A stretch of 63,992 nucleotides of DNA, the filler included, from a bacterium (GTDB lineage Bacteria > UBA9089 > CG2-30-40-21 > SBAY01): assembly GCA_040757115.1 (NCBI GenBank). It is 4 parts of 4 records of this genome, joined end to end, with 100 filler letters (N's around TTAATTAATTAA, not from the genome) between each part and the next. Parts side by side here need not be neighbours in the genome. Positions count along the whole stretch, not along the records: positions 16,405 to 32,575 come from JBFLYA010000079.1; positions 32,676 to 48,822 come from JBFLYA010000080.1; 2 more parts are not named here. One strand, 5' to 3'. The notes under the pieces were generated by a model. It was not told the origin of the DNA, searched no databases, and saw only the letters and a program-made list of their open reading frames with translations. A program made the position numbers and the translations under genes. Positions 30,047 through 39,984 of this stretch are shown here, one piece after another (within the stretch, counting starts at the first letter, position 1; every line of letters begins with the position of its first letter).

Positions 30047-31471
30047 CTATCTCATCGTCTTACCACTTATTACCTTTATACCTGCTTTTACCTTTTTTTT
30101 AAATTCGCCAAAGGATTTTATTTTAAGCAATTCCTTGAGGATATATGTTGGTCTTGTGTAAAAATACTTATAGGAATAATCAATTAATTCAAGTAATTCC
30201 GCAGAGGTAAGGTTTTCTTCCCAATATTCGGGTTGAAAGTTTTCTGTTGGATTTTGGGCAAAGTCGTGCCAGAAGTCTCTTTTTATAATTCCCTGTTCCA
30301 GTCCCTTTTGGTAAATATAGGTAGCCGGAAATGGCGTTGTAATGGTAATGTGGACAAAATCAGGGTTTAGTTTTTTGGCAAATTTTAAGGTTTGTAAAAT
30401 ATCCTCTTTAGTTTCTGTAGGTGAGCCAATCATAAAATAAGCCAGGGTAGAAATTCCTATCTTTTTAGTCAGACGAAATGCCTCTTCTACCTGCGTTAAT
30501 GTAATTCCTTTCCTTAAAACCTTAAGTATTTTTTCAGTTCCTGCCTCAACACCGTAATGGATTCTTTCACAATTAGCCTGTTTTAATTTTTTTAGCATCG
30601 TCTCATCGACTGTATCCACTCGCACCCTTATATCCCAGCCAATATCTAATCTTTCCTTGATAATCTCATCGCAAATATCCAATACTCGTTGTCTATCAAT
30701 GGAAAAGGTATCATCATAGATTAAAAATTCATTAATCCCCAGTTTAATACATTCTTTCATTTCCAAAATGACATTTTTCGCCGAATGTGCTCTAAATCGT
30801 TTCCCAAGGTGAGGTCTTGAACAAAAACTGCAATTATAAGGACAGCCGCGGCTGGTAATCATCGTCGTAATCGGGTTTCGTTTGGCAATCAAAGAAGAGT
30901 ATTTTTTATAAGGGACCAAATGTCTTGCCGGATGCGGGAGTTCATCTAAATTTGTTATAAAATCTCGCGAGCCGGTATTGTATATTTTCCCATTGGCTTT
31001 AAATACTAATCCAGGGATATTCTTTAATTTCTCTAAATCATTAATATTATCCACCAATTCTGCAAAGGTGATTTCTCCCTCACCTAAGACTAAAAAGTCG
31101 ATTTCAGGGAAAGATATTGTTTCGTTCGGGTAGATATAGATATGTGGACCACCTAAGACAATCTGGATTTCCTTAGAGATATTTTTAATCAGCTTAGCCG
31201 TTTTAAGAACATCAATCAATGTAAATGTCATCGTGGTCATTCCCACAACATCAGGATTGGTTTGTCTAATTTTTGATTCCAGTTCGTCGTAGTTTATTCC
31301 CTCTACCTGGGAATCCAATATCTTTACTTGATGAGATGTCCGTTTCTCAAGGTAACCAGCGATATACAGTAATCCTAATGGTGGATTATATCCTCGCTCT
31401 TCATCAATTATTGAGGGATTATTTCCTTTTAAGGTATATTTTGCTGGTGGATTGATTAATAATATTTTCAT
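30047..31471 (-). CDS. B12-binding-domain radical SAM protein
   Basis: PPLGLLYIA, LGGPH, GEGE, TSRGCPYNCSFC. Confidence 0.93.
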   Translation of the reverse strand: MKILLINPPAKYTLKGNNPSIIDEERGYNPPLGLLYIAGYLEKRTSHQVKILDSQVEGINYDELESKIRQTNPDVVGMTTMTFTLIDVLKTAKLIKNISKEIQIVLGGPHIYIYPNETISFPEIDFLVLGEGEITFAELVDNINDLEKLKNIPGLVFKANGKIYNTGSRDFITNLDELPHPARHLVPYKKYSSLIAKRNPITTMITSRGCPYNCSFCSRPHLGKRFRAHSAKNVILEMKECIKLGINEFLIYDDTFSIDRQRVLDICDEIIKERLDIGWDIRVRVDTVDETMLKKLKQANCERIHYGVEAGTEKILKVLRKGITLTQVEEAFRLTKKIGISTLAYFMIGSPTETKEDILQTLKFAKKLNPDFVHITITTPFPATYIYQKGLEQGIIKRDFWHDFAQNPTENFQPEYWEENLTSAELLELIDYSYKYFYTRPTYILKELLKIKSFGEFKKKVKAGIKVISGKTMR

Positions 31472-31727
31472 CACCAATAATATACCAGATATAGATGGTA
31501 TTTGTCAAGAAGAAGATATTGAAACTTACCCATATCTTTTAATCTTAAGTTTTTATATCTATTCAGGTTATGACAAGTTTTATTTGATATTAACTCAAAA
31601 CCCAAATGTCAAAAGTCAAATCTACAACTCAAAACTTAAAACTGATGTCCTTATTCAGCCACTGATTAACACGGATTAACACAGATAGAATAGAATGAGT
31701 TAAAATATGAAAGATAACAGAGGATAT

Positions 31728-32261
31728 TATAGCGGTTATTAACTGGAAGTTTACATAGGATAATACCCATAAATAAGGTATGAGAATAATCCTTCCGTTA
31801 GGAACATAATATCGGTAGGAATAGATAGACAAATCAATCAATTCCGTAGGAACGATATATTGGTAGAATGAAAGGTAATGAGTCTTGCGAAGTAGTAAAA
31901 TTTCCCATTTTTCATTTCCTATTTTACATTTTACATTTTACATTTATTTTTCCTTTGCGTCTCTGCGATGAATTAGTCTAATCGCACAGGTAGAAAATTT
32001 ATGGAAAGCCATTTACCGATATATTGTCCCTATGGGACATTAAATGAAGGATGAGGTAGAATTTTCACATTCTATTTTTTCCCATTTTATCATAAGAAAT
32101 GGGGGAAGGCAAGCCAAAGGGATATAATTGTCTAAAAATATAGAGAGTTATAGCACTAATTTGACATAGTGTAGTAATGGTTCACGCATAACTTGTTAAT
32201 TCACTACGAGTAGTTACGAGTATTTAATTCTAAGTAAAGTTTTGAATAATAACTGCTATAG
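31728..32261. mobile_element. Second copy of the TATAGCRGTTATT MITE, with a nested fragment (31869-31995) of the ACCTGTGCG element
   Basis: Aligns with 25243-25685; the insert matches 32894-33008. Confidence 0.75.
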
Positions 32262-32328
32262 CAAGTAAAGGGTAGAGCGAAAAAAATAGCAGATAGTGAT
32301 GTTTTCCGCGCTACTCTCTACATATCAT

Positions 32329-32516
32329 CTTATCCTTACCCACAAGTTTTAGTGGACACCGTAAAGCGTGAGAAGGAAGGGGTTTTAATAATTGACAATT
32401 GACAATTCACCACTCACCATTATTAAGGAAATTTAGGGAAAAAATTGTGAATGGTGAATTGTGAATGAATGCATAGTTAATAACATTGTCCATTAAAAGA
32501 TGTGGGTAAGGATAAA
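32329..32516. mobile_element. IS4/IS50-like MITE
   Basis: CTTATCCTTACCCACAAGT...AGATGTGGGTAAGGATAA ends with an 11-bp TSD CTACATATCAT. Confidence 0.85.
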
Positions 32517-32575
32517 CTACATATCATAGGGGGAAATTAAAGATAATGTTTCAAAATCTGTTTTATTTCTTATTA

Positions 32576-32675
32576 NNNNNNNNNNNNNNNNNNNNNNNNN
32601 NNNNNNNNNNNNNNNNNNNTTAATTAATTAANNNNNNNNNNNNNNNNNNNNNNNNNNNNNNNNNNNNNNNNNNNN
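32576..32675. other. Artificial contig linker
   Basis: N-run containing TTAATTAATTAA. Confidence 0.95.
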
Positions 32676-32828
32676 ACCCCCTAACCCCCTTTATTAAGGG
32701 GGAATATCTGTCCTCTACCTCTCATCTTTTCTATATTTGGGTGAGGGAATTTCATGAAGCCCTATTTGGTAATTGAAACCAATTACCATTTACTTGCTTT
32801 TAATTTCGTAAAGCACCAAAATTATTCC

Positions 32829-33008
32829 ACCTGTGCGGTTAAATGTAAAATGGATAATGTAAAATGAGAAATGTAAAATGAAAATGTATAACTGAAAGGT
32901 AATGAGTCTGGCGAAGTACTAAAATTTCCCATTTTTCATTTCCTATTTTACATTTTACATTTATTTTTCCTTTGCGTCTCTGCGATGAATTAGTCTAATC
33001 GCACAGGT
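32829..33008. mobile_element. MITE-like element with ACCTGTGCGRTTA termini and AAAATGT heptamer arms
   Basis: Inverted termini; partial second copy at 31869-31991. Confidence 0.65.
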
Positions 33009-33113
33009 CGCAATCTTTCAAACAAAAGTGAACCGTCCCGATTTTTTTATTTTATGTAAACTTTTGACTAATACCTGCTATAACTCTTACCCTTTATCGT
33101 CATTCAACGCTCC

Positions 33114-34082
33114 TTAACTTTGAGCTATAAATCCTTCTTTTTGTAAAACCATTTTCGCCGCACCAATTAGCCCGGCGTCATCTCCTCGCTGTGCCAGGAC
33201 AATAGAAATTCGCTTACAAGGTTCTAAATAAGTCCTTTTTGTAACTTCTTCTTTCACATATTGTAATAGTAAATCTCCTATTTGGGCAACCTTGCCACCA
33301 ATAACTACTAATTGTGGGTTCAACACATTAACGATGCTGACAATCCCAATTCCCAGATACCTGCCTGTTTCTTTCAGAATATAATTTGCCACCTCATCCC
33401 CTTTTATGGCAGCTTGATAGACTACCAGTGGCGTAATCCTTTCTAATTGGTTTTGCACCAATTCACTAATGATAGTCGTTGTCCCTTGTTTTATTGCATA
33501 GGTGGTGCGTTTTGTAATCCCCTGACCTGAGGCATAGGCCTCCATACACCCGTAATTTCCACAACCACACCTCAGTCCATTGGGTTCAACAATAATATGT
33601 CCAACCTCTCCTGCGGCATCATTTGAGCCGTGAAAAATCTCACCGTTGATAATAATTCCACCACCAATGCCAGTGCCTAATGTCAGGCAGACAAGATTTT
33701 CTACCTCTTTACCTGCCCCAAGCCACTTCTCACCTAAGGCGGCTAAATTACCATCATTATCCACATAAGTTGGCAGATGAAATTCCTCTTCAATTGTCTC
33801 TTTCAAAGCTACATTTTTCCAGCCCAGATTAGGTGTATCAATGATTACACCTGTCTTTGTATCAAGTGGGCCTGGCGAACCTATACCAATACCCACTATT
33901 TGTTGGAAAGATACTTCTTTAATCACATCCTGGATAAGTTCTTTCATCTGCTGGATAACAACTTCATGTCCTTCAGATACCTTTGTAGCGGTATCTTTTT
34001 TTTCGATTATTTTGCCTGTTTGGTCAACTACAGCAGCTCTTATATTTGTTCCACCCAGGTCAACTGCAATTACATAATTCAT
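33114..34082 (-). CDS. ROK-family sugar kinase (glucokinase-like)
   Basis: AVDLGGT, GIGSPG, DNDGN, LGTGIGGG, GEVGH, CGCGNYGCMEAYAS. Confidence 0.93.
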   Translation of the reverse strand: MNYVIAVDLGGTNIRAAVVDQTGKIIEKKDTATKVSEGHEVVIQQMKELIQDVIKEVSFQQIVGIGIGSPGPLDTKTGVIIDTPNLGWKNVALKETIEEEFHLPTYVDNDGNLAALGEKWLGAGKEVENLVCLTLGTGIGGGIIINGEIFHGSNDAAGEVGHIIVEPNGLRCGCGNYGCMEAYASGQGITKRTTYAIKQGTTTIISELVQNQLERITPLVVYQAAIKGDEVANYILKETGRYLGIGIVSIVNVLNPQLVVIGGKVAQIGDLLLQYVKEEVTKRTYLEPCKRISIVLAQRGDDAGLIGAAKMVLQKEGFIAQS

Positions 34083-34127
34083 AAGTCTAATCCATCCAGA
34101 CAAGTATAATTGCATCAAATTTATTTT

Positions 34128-34532
34128 TCAAGATGTCATCTTTTGTTCTTTTATATATCCTTCAATTCTTTCTACATACTTTTCTGCGTTCTTTATTTGA
34201 TGTTCTGCCTGTTCCTTTGTTGCTATAAAAAAATCATCATAATCACTATCGTTTCTTATTTCTTCGGCTTCTCTTAACATCTTTGAATACTCCATTTCAA
34301 TTTTCCCTGTCTTCACATAATATTGATTGAAATAAGAGATTATTCCTGAATGTTTGCTACTGTCAAACCTATCAAAAGACAATAGAGCCCTGGTTATGTG
34401 AAACATAGCATAGTAAGAACGATTTATCGACTGCGCAAATTTACCGTTATCAAAATTTATTTTTGCCGTCTCTAAATCTCCTTTTGCTTTTTCAATCCGA
34501 TAGATGGCTAAATCTTTTTCAGTTCCGTTCAT
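34128..34532 (-). CDS. HEPN-domain protein (MNT-HEPN TA toxin)
   Basis: SINRSYYAMFH, SSKHSGIISYF, RNDSDY. Confidence 0.88.
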   Translation of the reverse strand: MNGTEKDLAIYRIEKAKGDLETAKINFDNGKFAQSINRSYYAMFHITRALLSFDRFDSSKHSGIISYFNQYYVKTGKIEMEYSKMLREAEEIRNDSDYDDFFIATKEQAEHQIKNAEKYVERIEGYIKEQKMTS

Positions 34533-34881
34533 AAATAATAACTCCCTGGTTGGAAACATTTTTATAAAAAGGTAATATATCTAAATATTTGTTGTAATTT
34601 TGATAATTCTTTTTTATTACAGAGATAATAATTCCATATTCCAGTTCTAAATCAAAAATAGCATTTGTAACCACTCCATAGCATTTACTCAATTCCTCAT
34701 TGTTCAGATCAACCAAAGCCATAATATCAATATCTGATTGGCTATTATAATCACCTCTTGCATGAGAGCCAAATAAGATAACACTTTTCAACCTATTTTT
34801 AAATATATTTTCCAGTCTTTTCCTTACTTCTAAAACTATTTTTAAAACACTTTCACTTTTTATAGTTGAAATATCTTTCAT
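34519..34881 (-). CDS. Minimal nucleotidyltransferase (MNT antitoxin)
   Basis: LFGSHARGD...SDIDI. Confidence 0.9.
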   Translation of the reverse strand: MKDISTIKSESVLKIVLEVRKRLENIFKNRLKSVILFGSHARGDYNSQSDIDIMALVDLNNEELSKCYGVVTNAIFDLELEYGIIISVIKKNYQNYNKYLDILPFYKNVSNQGVIIYERN

Positions 34882-34962
34882 AATAAATCACCATCCAAAT
34901 CTGATAATAGTTCAAATTACTTACAATATATCAAATAAAAAACTGGGATATGGTAGCCATGT

Positions 34963-35700
34963 TTAATATTCCCCTGTATATCCACACATTCCGACCCGTG
35001 GAGAATTAACCACTGGCAAGAACATATCTTCGCCGCACTCATGTTTTTGAGCGCATTTATCACAAAACCATCCTTCGCCTTCATAGATACATTGTGTGCA
35101 AACCTGGGTAGCGATTTTTCCACATATCTCACAAATTATCTGAGGAGGTTCATTTCTAGCCAGAATCTGAATTGATTTGTTTTTGATATTTTCTTCGCGT
35201 TCTGATAGAACTCGCAATGTCAGATGTGTAGTGGTTCCAAAATCATATTCGTAATGGAATTTGAGACCCGGCGATAGAACAGAGCCAGTAGGGACATTCA
35301 TACTCCTCCTTGCTCTCTCTGTGCCAAATATCCCTGACCACATAGTATCTACGCCACCAGTATCTTCCTCATACTCTATATTATTGATGTAGAAAGCACT
35401 CAAATGCCAGCAGCACTCCACCCAGATATCTCTAAGAAAATTATCCAGGTCTTTGAGCTTTGCATCCCCTGGCACATCAAGATGCATCCAATACTCAGGA
35501 CTGTAACTTCCTTCAACCACAAGATGGAATACCCTCTTATCCTGCTGATTTGACTTCTGTCCAGATGATGGTTCTATTGGAGTAATCTCTCTTTGCTTAC
35601 ATGACTTCAGATGATTAGTCATTGTAGATTTTGAGAATATACCTCCGCAAAAACTACATTTTCCGTCTGATTCCTGTTTTTTTATTTTCTGCTTGCTCAT
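34963..35700 (-). CDS. pRiA4b ORF-3-like protein with Zn-finger motifs
   Basis: LDNFLRDIWVECCWHLSAF, YEYDFGTTT, PVVNSPRVGMCGY; RBS GGAGG before ATG 35700. Confidence 0.75.
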   Translation of the reverse strand: MSKQKIKKQESDGKCSFCGGIFSKSTMTNHLKSCKQREITPIEPSSGQKSNQQDKRVFHLVVEGSYSPEYWMHLDVPGDAKLKDLDNFLRDIWVECCWHLSAFYINNIEYEEDTGGVDTMWSGIFGTERARRSMNVPTGSVLSPGLKFHYEYDFGTTTHLTLRVLSEREENIKNKSIQILARNEPPQIICEICGKIATQVCTQCIYEGEGWFCDKCAQKHECGEDMFLPVVNSPRVGMCGYTGEY

Positions 35701-35895
35701 TTTAAAACCTCCTTTTTTTATAGTATTCTCGTATATCTTCCCATTTCCCCTTCCCAAAATTTTAGATAAATATCTTCAAATAAAAGTAAATTTTTATTGA
35801 AATATTATACCATATGAAACATCTCGCCATTTAATGATACCGTCGCCAATACCTGTCCCTATAGTTAAACCGATATTTCGGCTGCATATTATCTT

Positions 35896-37068
35896 TTAAA
35901 ATAAGCTCTCTTCAAATCCCTTACCCTCGGTTATAAAAGACAATTTAAAGATATTAGCAATAGTTGCGGAGATATCTGCAAAAGAATTCCTTATGCCAAG
36001 ATTAACCCCTTTTTTAACTTTGGAGCCGTAACCTATTAAAGGAACATATTCTCGTGAATGGTCTGTGCTTTTAGTTGTTGGGTCACAACCATGGTCAGCG
36101 GTTAAAATTAAAATATCTCCTTCATAAAGAGCGTCTAAAATTTCAGGTAGTCGTTTATCAAAATCTTGTAGTGCCTTGGCATAACCCCAAATATCATTTC
36201 GATGGCCGTAGACCATATCAAAATCAATCAGATTAGTAAAAATTAATCCTTTACTTTTACTCCGCATAGCCTTAATTGTTTTATCAATTCCATCTAAATT
36301 GTTCTCTATGTGAAAAGAGGTGGTAATCCCTGAACCAGCAAATATATCATTTATCTTACCAATAGCAGTAACACTAAAGCCTCCTTCCGTAAGAGCATTC
36401 AGGATAGTTGGTCGAAAGGGAGCAATAGAATAATCTTTTCGCAGATGATTAATTCTCTTAAACTCTCCTACTTTACCTCCAAACGGTCGAGCTATCACTC
36501 TATTAACAGCATGTTCACCTACTAAAATCTTCCGTGCTATTTCACAAAACCTGTATAATTCCTCAATCGAAATAATATCTACATGAGTAGCTATCTGGAA
36601 GACGCTATCTGCTGAGGTATAAACTATTGGAAAACCAGTCTCTAAATGTTGCTTCCCTAATTCTTTTATAATCTCAGTTCCAGAAACAGGTTTATTGCCC
36701 AAGATATCCCTCCCGATAGCTTCTTTAAATGGTCTAATTATCTCCTCAGGGAAACCCATTGGATACAGAGGAAAAGGCTTTTTTAGAACAAGCCCCGCTA
36801 TCTCCCAATGTCCGGTGGTAGTATCCTTACCCACGGACTTTTCAATCATTTTACCAATAGCTGCTGCTGGAGTTAGTACTGGCTTTACTCCTTTAATTTG
36901 ACCAAGATTCCCTAATCCTAACTTAGCTAAATTAGGTAAGGAAAGTCCACCAACTGCGTTGGATAAGTTAACCAGGGTATTACTTCCTTCATCTCCATAA
37001 TGCTTAGCATCGGGTAACTCTCCAATTCCTACACTATCTAAGACTATCAAAATAAAACGATTAATCAT
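35896..37068 (-). CDS. deoB: Phosphopentomutase
   Basis: [52 protein letters not shown]. Confidence 0.96.
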   Translation of the reverse strand: MINRFILIVLDSVGIGELPDAKHYGDEGSNTLVNLSNAVGGLSLPNLAKLGLGNLGQIKGVKPVLTPAAAIGKMIEKSVGKDTTTGHWEIAGLVLKKPFPLYPMGFPEEIIRPFKEAIGRDILGNKPVSGTEIIKELGKQHLETGFPIVYTSADSVFQIATHVDIISIEELYRFCEIARKILVGEHAVNRVIARPFGGKVGEFKRINHLRKDYSIAPFRPTILNALTEGGFSVTAIGKINDIFAGSGITTSFHIENNLDGIDKTIKAMRSKSKGLIFTNLIDFDMVYGHRNDIWGYAKALQDFDKRLPEILDALYEGDILILTADHGCDPTTKSTDHSREYVPLIGYGSKVKKGVNLGIRNSFADISATIANIFKLSFITEGKGFEESLF

Positions 37069-37214
37069 TTAATCTGATAAAAGCCTATAATTTTCTATTT
37101 TTTAAACACAAACTTCATGCCGTCAACGGTGATTATGTTCTTAACTGTTCTTTTACTTCCGCCAATGTCAATTATTGTTTCTTCTATAACTTCCTTTTTT
37201 ATAATCAATTAAGA

Positions 37215-37919
37215 TTAACATATTCTATTAATAATAATCTCTGTTGCTATTGCGGAATCTTTTGTGATGACCATATCTACTATTATCCTTGCTACATCAT
37301 AAGGGTTCATGAACTTTGAAGTATCCACAGATAAACCACAATCTTCAGTCCAGAATGGTGTATTCATACCTCCAGGATAAACAGCGATTACTTTAATCGG
37401 GGTTCCTTTCGTTGCTGCTTGTATTGCTTCGGTATAACCTCGTGCACCCCATTTTGCAGCACAGTAAACTGACTCTTGTGGCTTACCCGTATGAGCAGCA
37501 GTTGACATAATATTTACAATAATGCCTCCTTTATCTTTCATCACTTTAAGGGCATAGGACGAAAGTAATATTGTACCGACCAGATTAGCTTCGAAAACCT
37601 TATCAATCATTTCTTTCGAGACTGAGTCAGGATCGCCAAAGAGCCCCATTCCTGCAACATTGAATACCATATCAACCTCAAAATTATTCTCTGTAATATA
37701 TTGGAATAGTTTGCTTACATCATTCTCATTTCCTACATTTGCAATATAGCTATGCAATTGTGCTGAACTTGATATTGAGGAAAGTTTAGAGATAGCCCTG
37801 TTGAGCTTTGAATCCAATCTTGAAGTAATACAGACATTATACCCATTTTCAAGTAAACATTTAGCAATCTCGTAACCCAGTCCTGAAGAACCACCGGTAA
37901 CCAATGCTATCTTGTGCAT
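37215..37919 (-). CDS. SDR-family oxidoreductase
   Basis: TGGSSGLG, NVAG, S...YCAAK. Confidence 0.93.
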   Translation of the reverse strand: MHKIALVTGGSSGLGYEIAKCLLENGYNVCITSRLDSKLNRAISKLSSISSSAQLHSYIANVGNENDVSKLFQYITENNFEVDMVFNVAGMGLFGDPDSVSKEMIDKVFEANLVGTILLSSYALKVMKDKGGIIVNIMSTAAHTGKPQESVYCAAKWGARGYTEAIQAATKGTPIKVIAVYPGGMNTPFWTEDCGLSVDTSKFMNPYDVARIIVDMVITKDSAIATEIIINRIC

Positions 37920-37957
37920 AATAATCTCCCCTTTTGGAGAATTTTCTTCTCTCTATT

Positions 37958-39142
37958 CTATAAACTGCCAATAGGAGTGGATAAATTTTGCAGATGCTTT
38001 AACCCCTCTCTATATGCCTGATACTGCGGTGTAGGTTGTTGTGTTACCCATGTATAATCAAAAGCTGGGCATACCCTTATGTCAGCATCCCAGATATATG
38101 GGCTGATGTGGATACGTCCCCCCGGTTCATCCCAGTCCCAATATGAGGCGAAGTAGAACGGGCGATCATACTCCCGGAAATCAAGACTCCGGACATGACC
38201 GTTCAGAACCTTACGCAGATTTTTTATTGCCGTTTGCTTGTCCCGGAGAAGCTTCTCGTGCCCCCTTTCTTTCGTTTCCATCCATTGCAAAATATTATCC
38301 TTGAGGAAAAAGATGTCTATCCGTTCCCAGTTCTTGGACGGATTATTTCTCAATACCTTTACAATAATGTTGGCCAACTGGTCGTTGGTAGCGCCTACAA
38401 ATGCTAATTTGTTATGTTTATTAAGGAGTTCTTCGGGAGGAATCTTTTTATCTTTCCAGCCGTATTTGTCTACAGACAGAATCGGCGGTTCAATTTGCAG
38501 ATGCCACTTGTTTGCAGGTGCACCGGACTTCCCAAAAGGATATTCTCTGCCATCCCGGATTATCCTTCCGGTCACATTTTTGACCGTTATAATCTCGTTA
38601 TGTTTAGCAATCACCTCATATTCCTCAGGCTCAATCTGATATTTAAAGTCGTTGTGCTTACTCTGGTCATCTGGATCCAGACGTTGGGTGAATTCTTTAT
38701 GGCGAACCAACAGTTGTCCAGGCTCGGCGGCGTCCATGATGCGCTGAGCTACATTAATGGCTGCTCCGCAAACATTCGTCTGGTCGTATGGGTCCTTAAC
38801 CAGGTCAAGTTCACCCTGATTGATTCCGCATCGTATACCTATCTTTGGGTCGTGTGTATTTGCCCATACCATCATACTTCCAGCCAACCACAGAGCGGTG
38901 TGCTCTCGCTGGGGATGAGCATCAGCCTTCTTCCACAGGACCACCACAGCACCGTCTCCAGTGGGCAAAAGACAGTATCGGCTGTCGTCCGAGCGATCGG
39001 GCGGTACTCCCCATAGGTAGACCAGTAAGGTTTTTAACTTTTCAAAGAATGATCTGGCGATAGATAATTGAACCGGATCCCAATTCATCGAGAACGCGGC
39101 CAAATCGACGAAGAGGATGGTTCCGGTACGTTCGTCATTCAT
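37958..39142 (-). CDS. Class III nucleotidyl cyclase fused to a PLD/DUF5919-like C-terminal domain
   Basis: ILFVDLAAFS, PTGDGAVVV, IRCGINQG, GAAINVAQRIMD. The C-domain (LAFVGAT...IDIFFL...RIHISPY) is a lower-confidence fold guess. Confidence 0.8.
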   Translation of the reverse strand: MNDERTGTILFVDLAAFSMNWDPVQLSIARSFFEKLKTLLVYLWGVPPDRSDDSRYCLLPTGDGAVVVLWKKADAHPQREHTALWLAGSMMVWANTHDPKIGIRCGINQGELDLVKDPYDQTNVCGAAINVAQRIMDAAEPGQLLVRHKEFTQRLDPDDQSKHNDFKYQIEPEEYEVIAKHNEIITVKNVTGRIIRDGREYPFGKSGAPANKWHLQIEPPILSVDKYGWKDKKIPPEELLNKHNKLAFVGATNDQLANIIVKVLRNNPSKNWERIDIFFLKDNILQWMETKERGHEKLLRDKQTAIKNLRKVLNGHVRSLDFREYDRPFYFASYWDWDEPGGRIHISPYIWDADIRVCPAFDYTWVTQQPTPQYQAYREGLKHLQNLSTPIGSL

Positions 39143-39213
39143 GAGTAATCCTCCCTATGAAAATATCTGAATCAAAGATAGTCAATTCAAAGCCCCCATA
39201 GTTTCTCTGAATT

Positions 39214-39984
39214 TTATTCTATTGGACTTTCAAAAAAATTTACATTTATCTGTCCATACTTTATATGAGCTTGATTATCGCAAACTTTACAAGGGTCATA
39301 TAAATCACGGCGACCTTCTATAAGATTTTGTCTCATTTTATTAAAAGTATCTGAGAACCATACTTCTTTTATGCTTTTATCTTTAATATTACCAAATCTA
39401 TTTATTCTTCTTGCATCTTCATAACATAATAAAATATCGCCATTATATGCTATAACGAGTCGGTGTCGAGGAACAAAGCATGGCAGATTTAATGTTTTGA
39501 TACAACCTAATACCCCGCCTTTGTTATTAATATGAAAATTTTCAAGTACAGTTTGAAAAGGACGAAGTGGAAATTCTTTTTTGGAATGATTTGAGATTAC
39601 AATTAGAGTTACTCCTGATTCTACTAATTTATTATATTTTGATTCAGTTAATTTATCACCATTTGTATATAATATACGTTCAGCTCTGGGGTGGAGTTTT
39701 TCAGTCGCATATTTTATTATCCATTCTATTTGAGGATGGAGTAAAGGTTCACTATAAAAATGAAAAGAAAGTCGTCCTGAAAAACCGAGTTCTTTTAACT
39801 CATCAATTATCTTTGTGTAAAGATTATCATCCATCAGTTGAGGTGGATCAATTGGATCAATTATCGAATTAGGACAGTATGAACAATAGCTTCCAGAAAG
39901 ATCTTTCATATTACACGCGGTATTAATTTCTATTTCAACCCTGCTAAAAATATCTGGAATTTTAGAAGAATAATTCTCAATCAT
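39214..39984 (-). CDS. Radical SAM/twitch (SPASM) enzyme, BtrN-like
   Basis: EIEINTAC-x9-CSYCPNS, GRLSFHFYSEPLL, YTNGD, NKGG, CFVP, CYED, CKVC. Confidence 0.85.
   Translation of the reverse strand: MIENYSSKIPDIFSRVEIEINTACNMKDLSGSYCSYCPNSIIDPIDPPQLMDDNLYTKIIDELKELGFSGRLSFHFYSEPLLHPQIEWIIKYATEKLHPRAERILYTNGDKLTESKYNKLVESGVTLIVISNHSKKEFPLRPFQTVLENFHINNKGGVLGCIKTLNLPCFVPRHRLVIAYNGDILLCYEDARRINRFGNIKDKSIKEVWFSDTFNKMRQNLIEGRRDLYDPCKVCDNQAHIKYGQINVNFFESPIE

Noticed and set aside
38195-39063. Several overlapping plus-strand ORFs (similarly 42293-43350)
   Set aside because: Antisense to well-supported, more GC-rich genes, with no recognisable motifs.
39214-39984. Radical SAM gene as a prokaryotic viperin or a RiPP maturase
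   Set aside because: Motifs fit the BtrN/twitch type rather than viperin, and no precursor peptide or RRE is evident.
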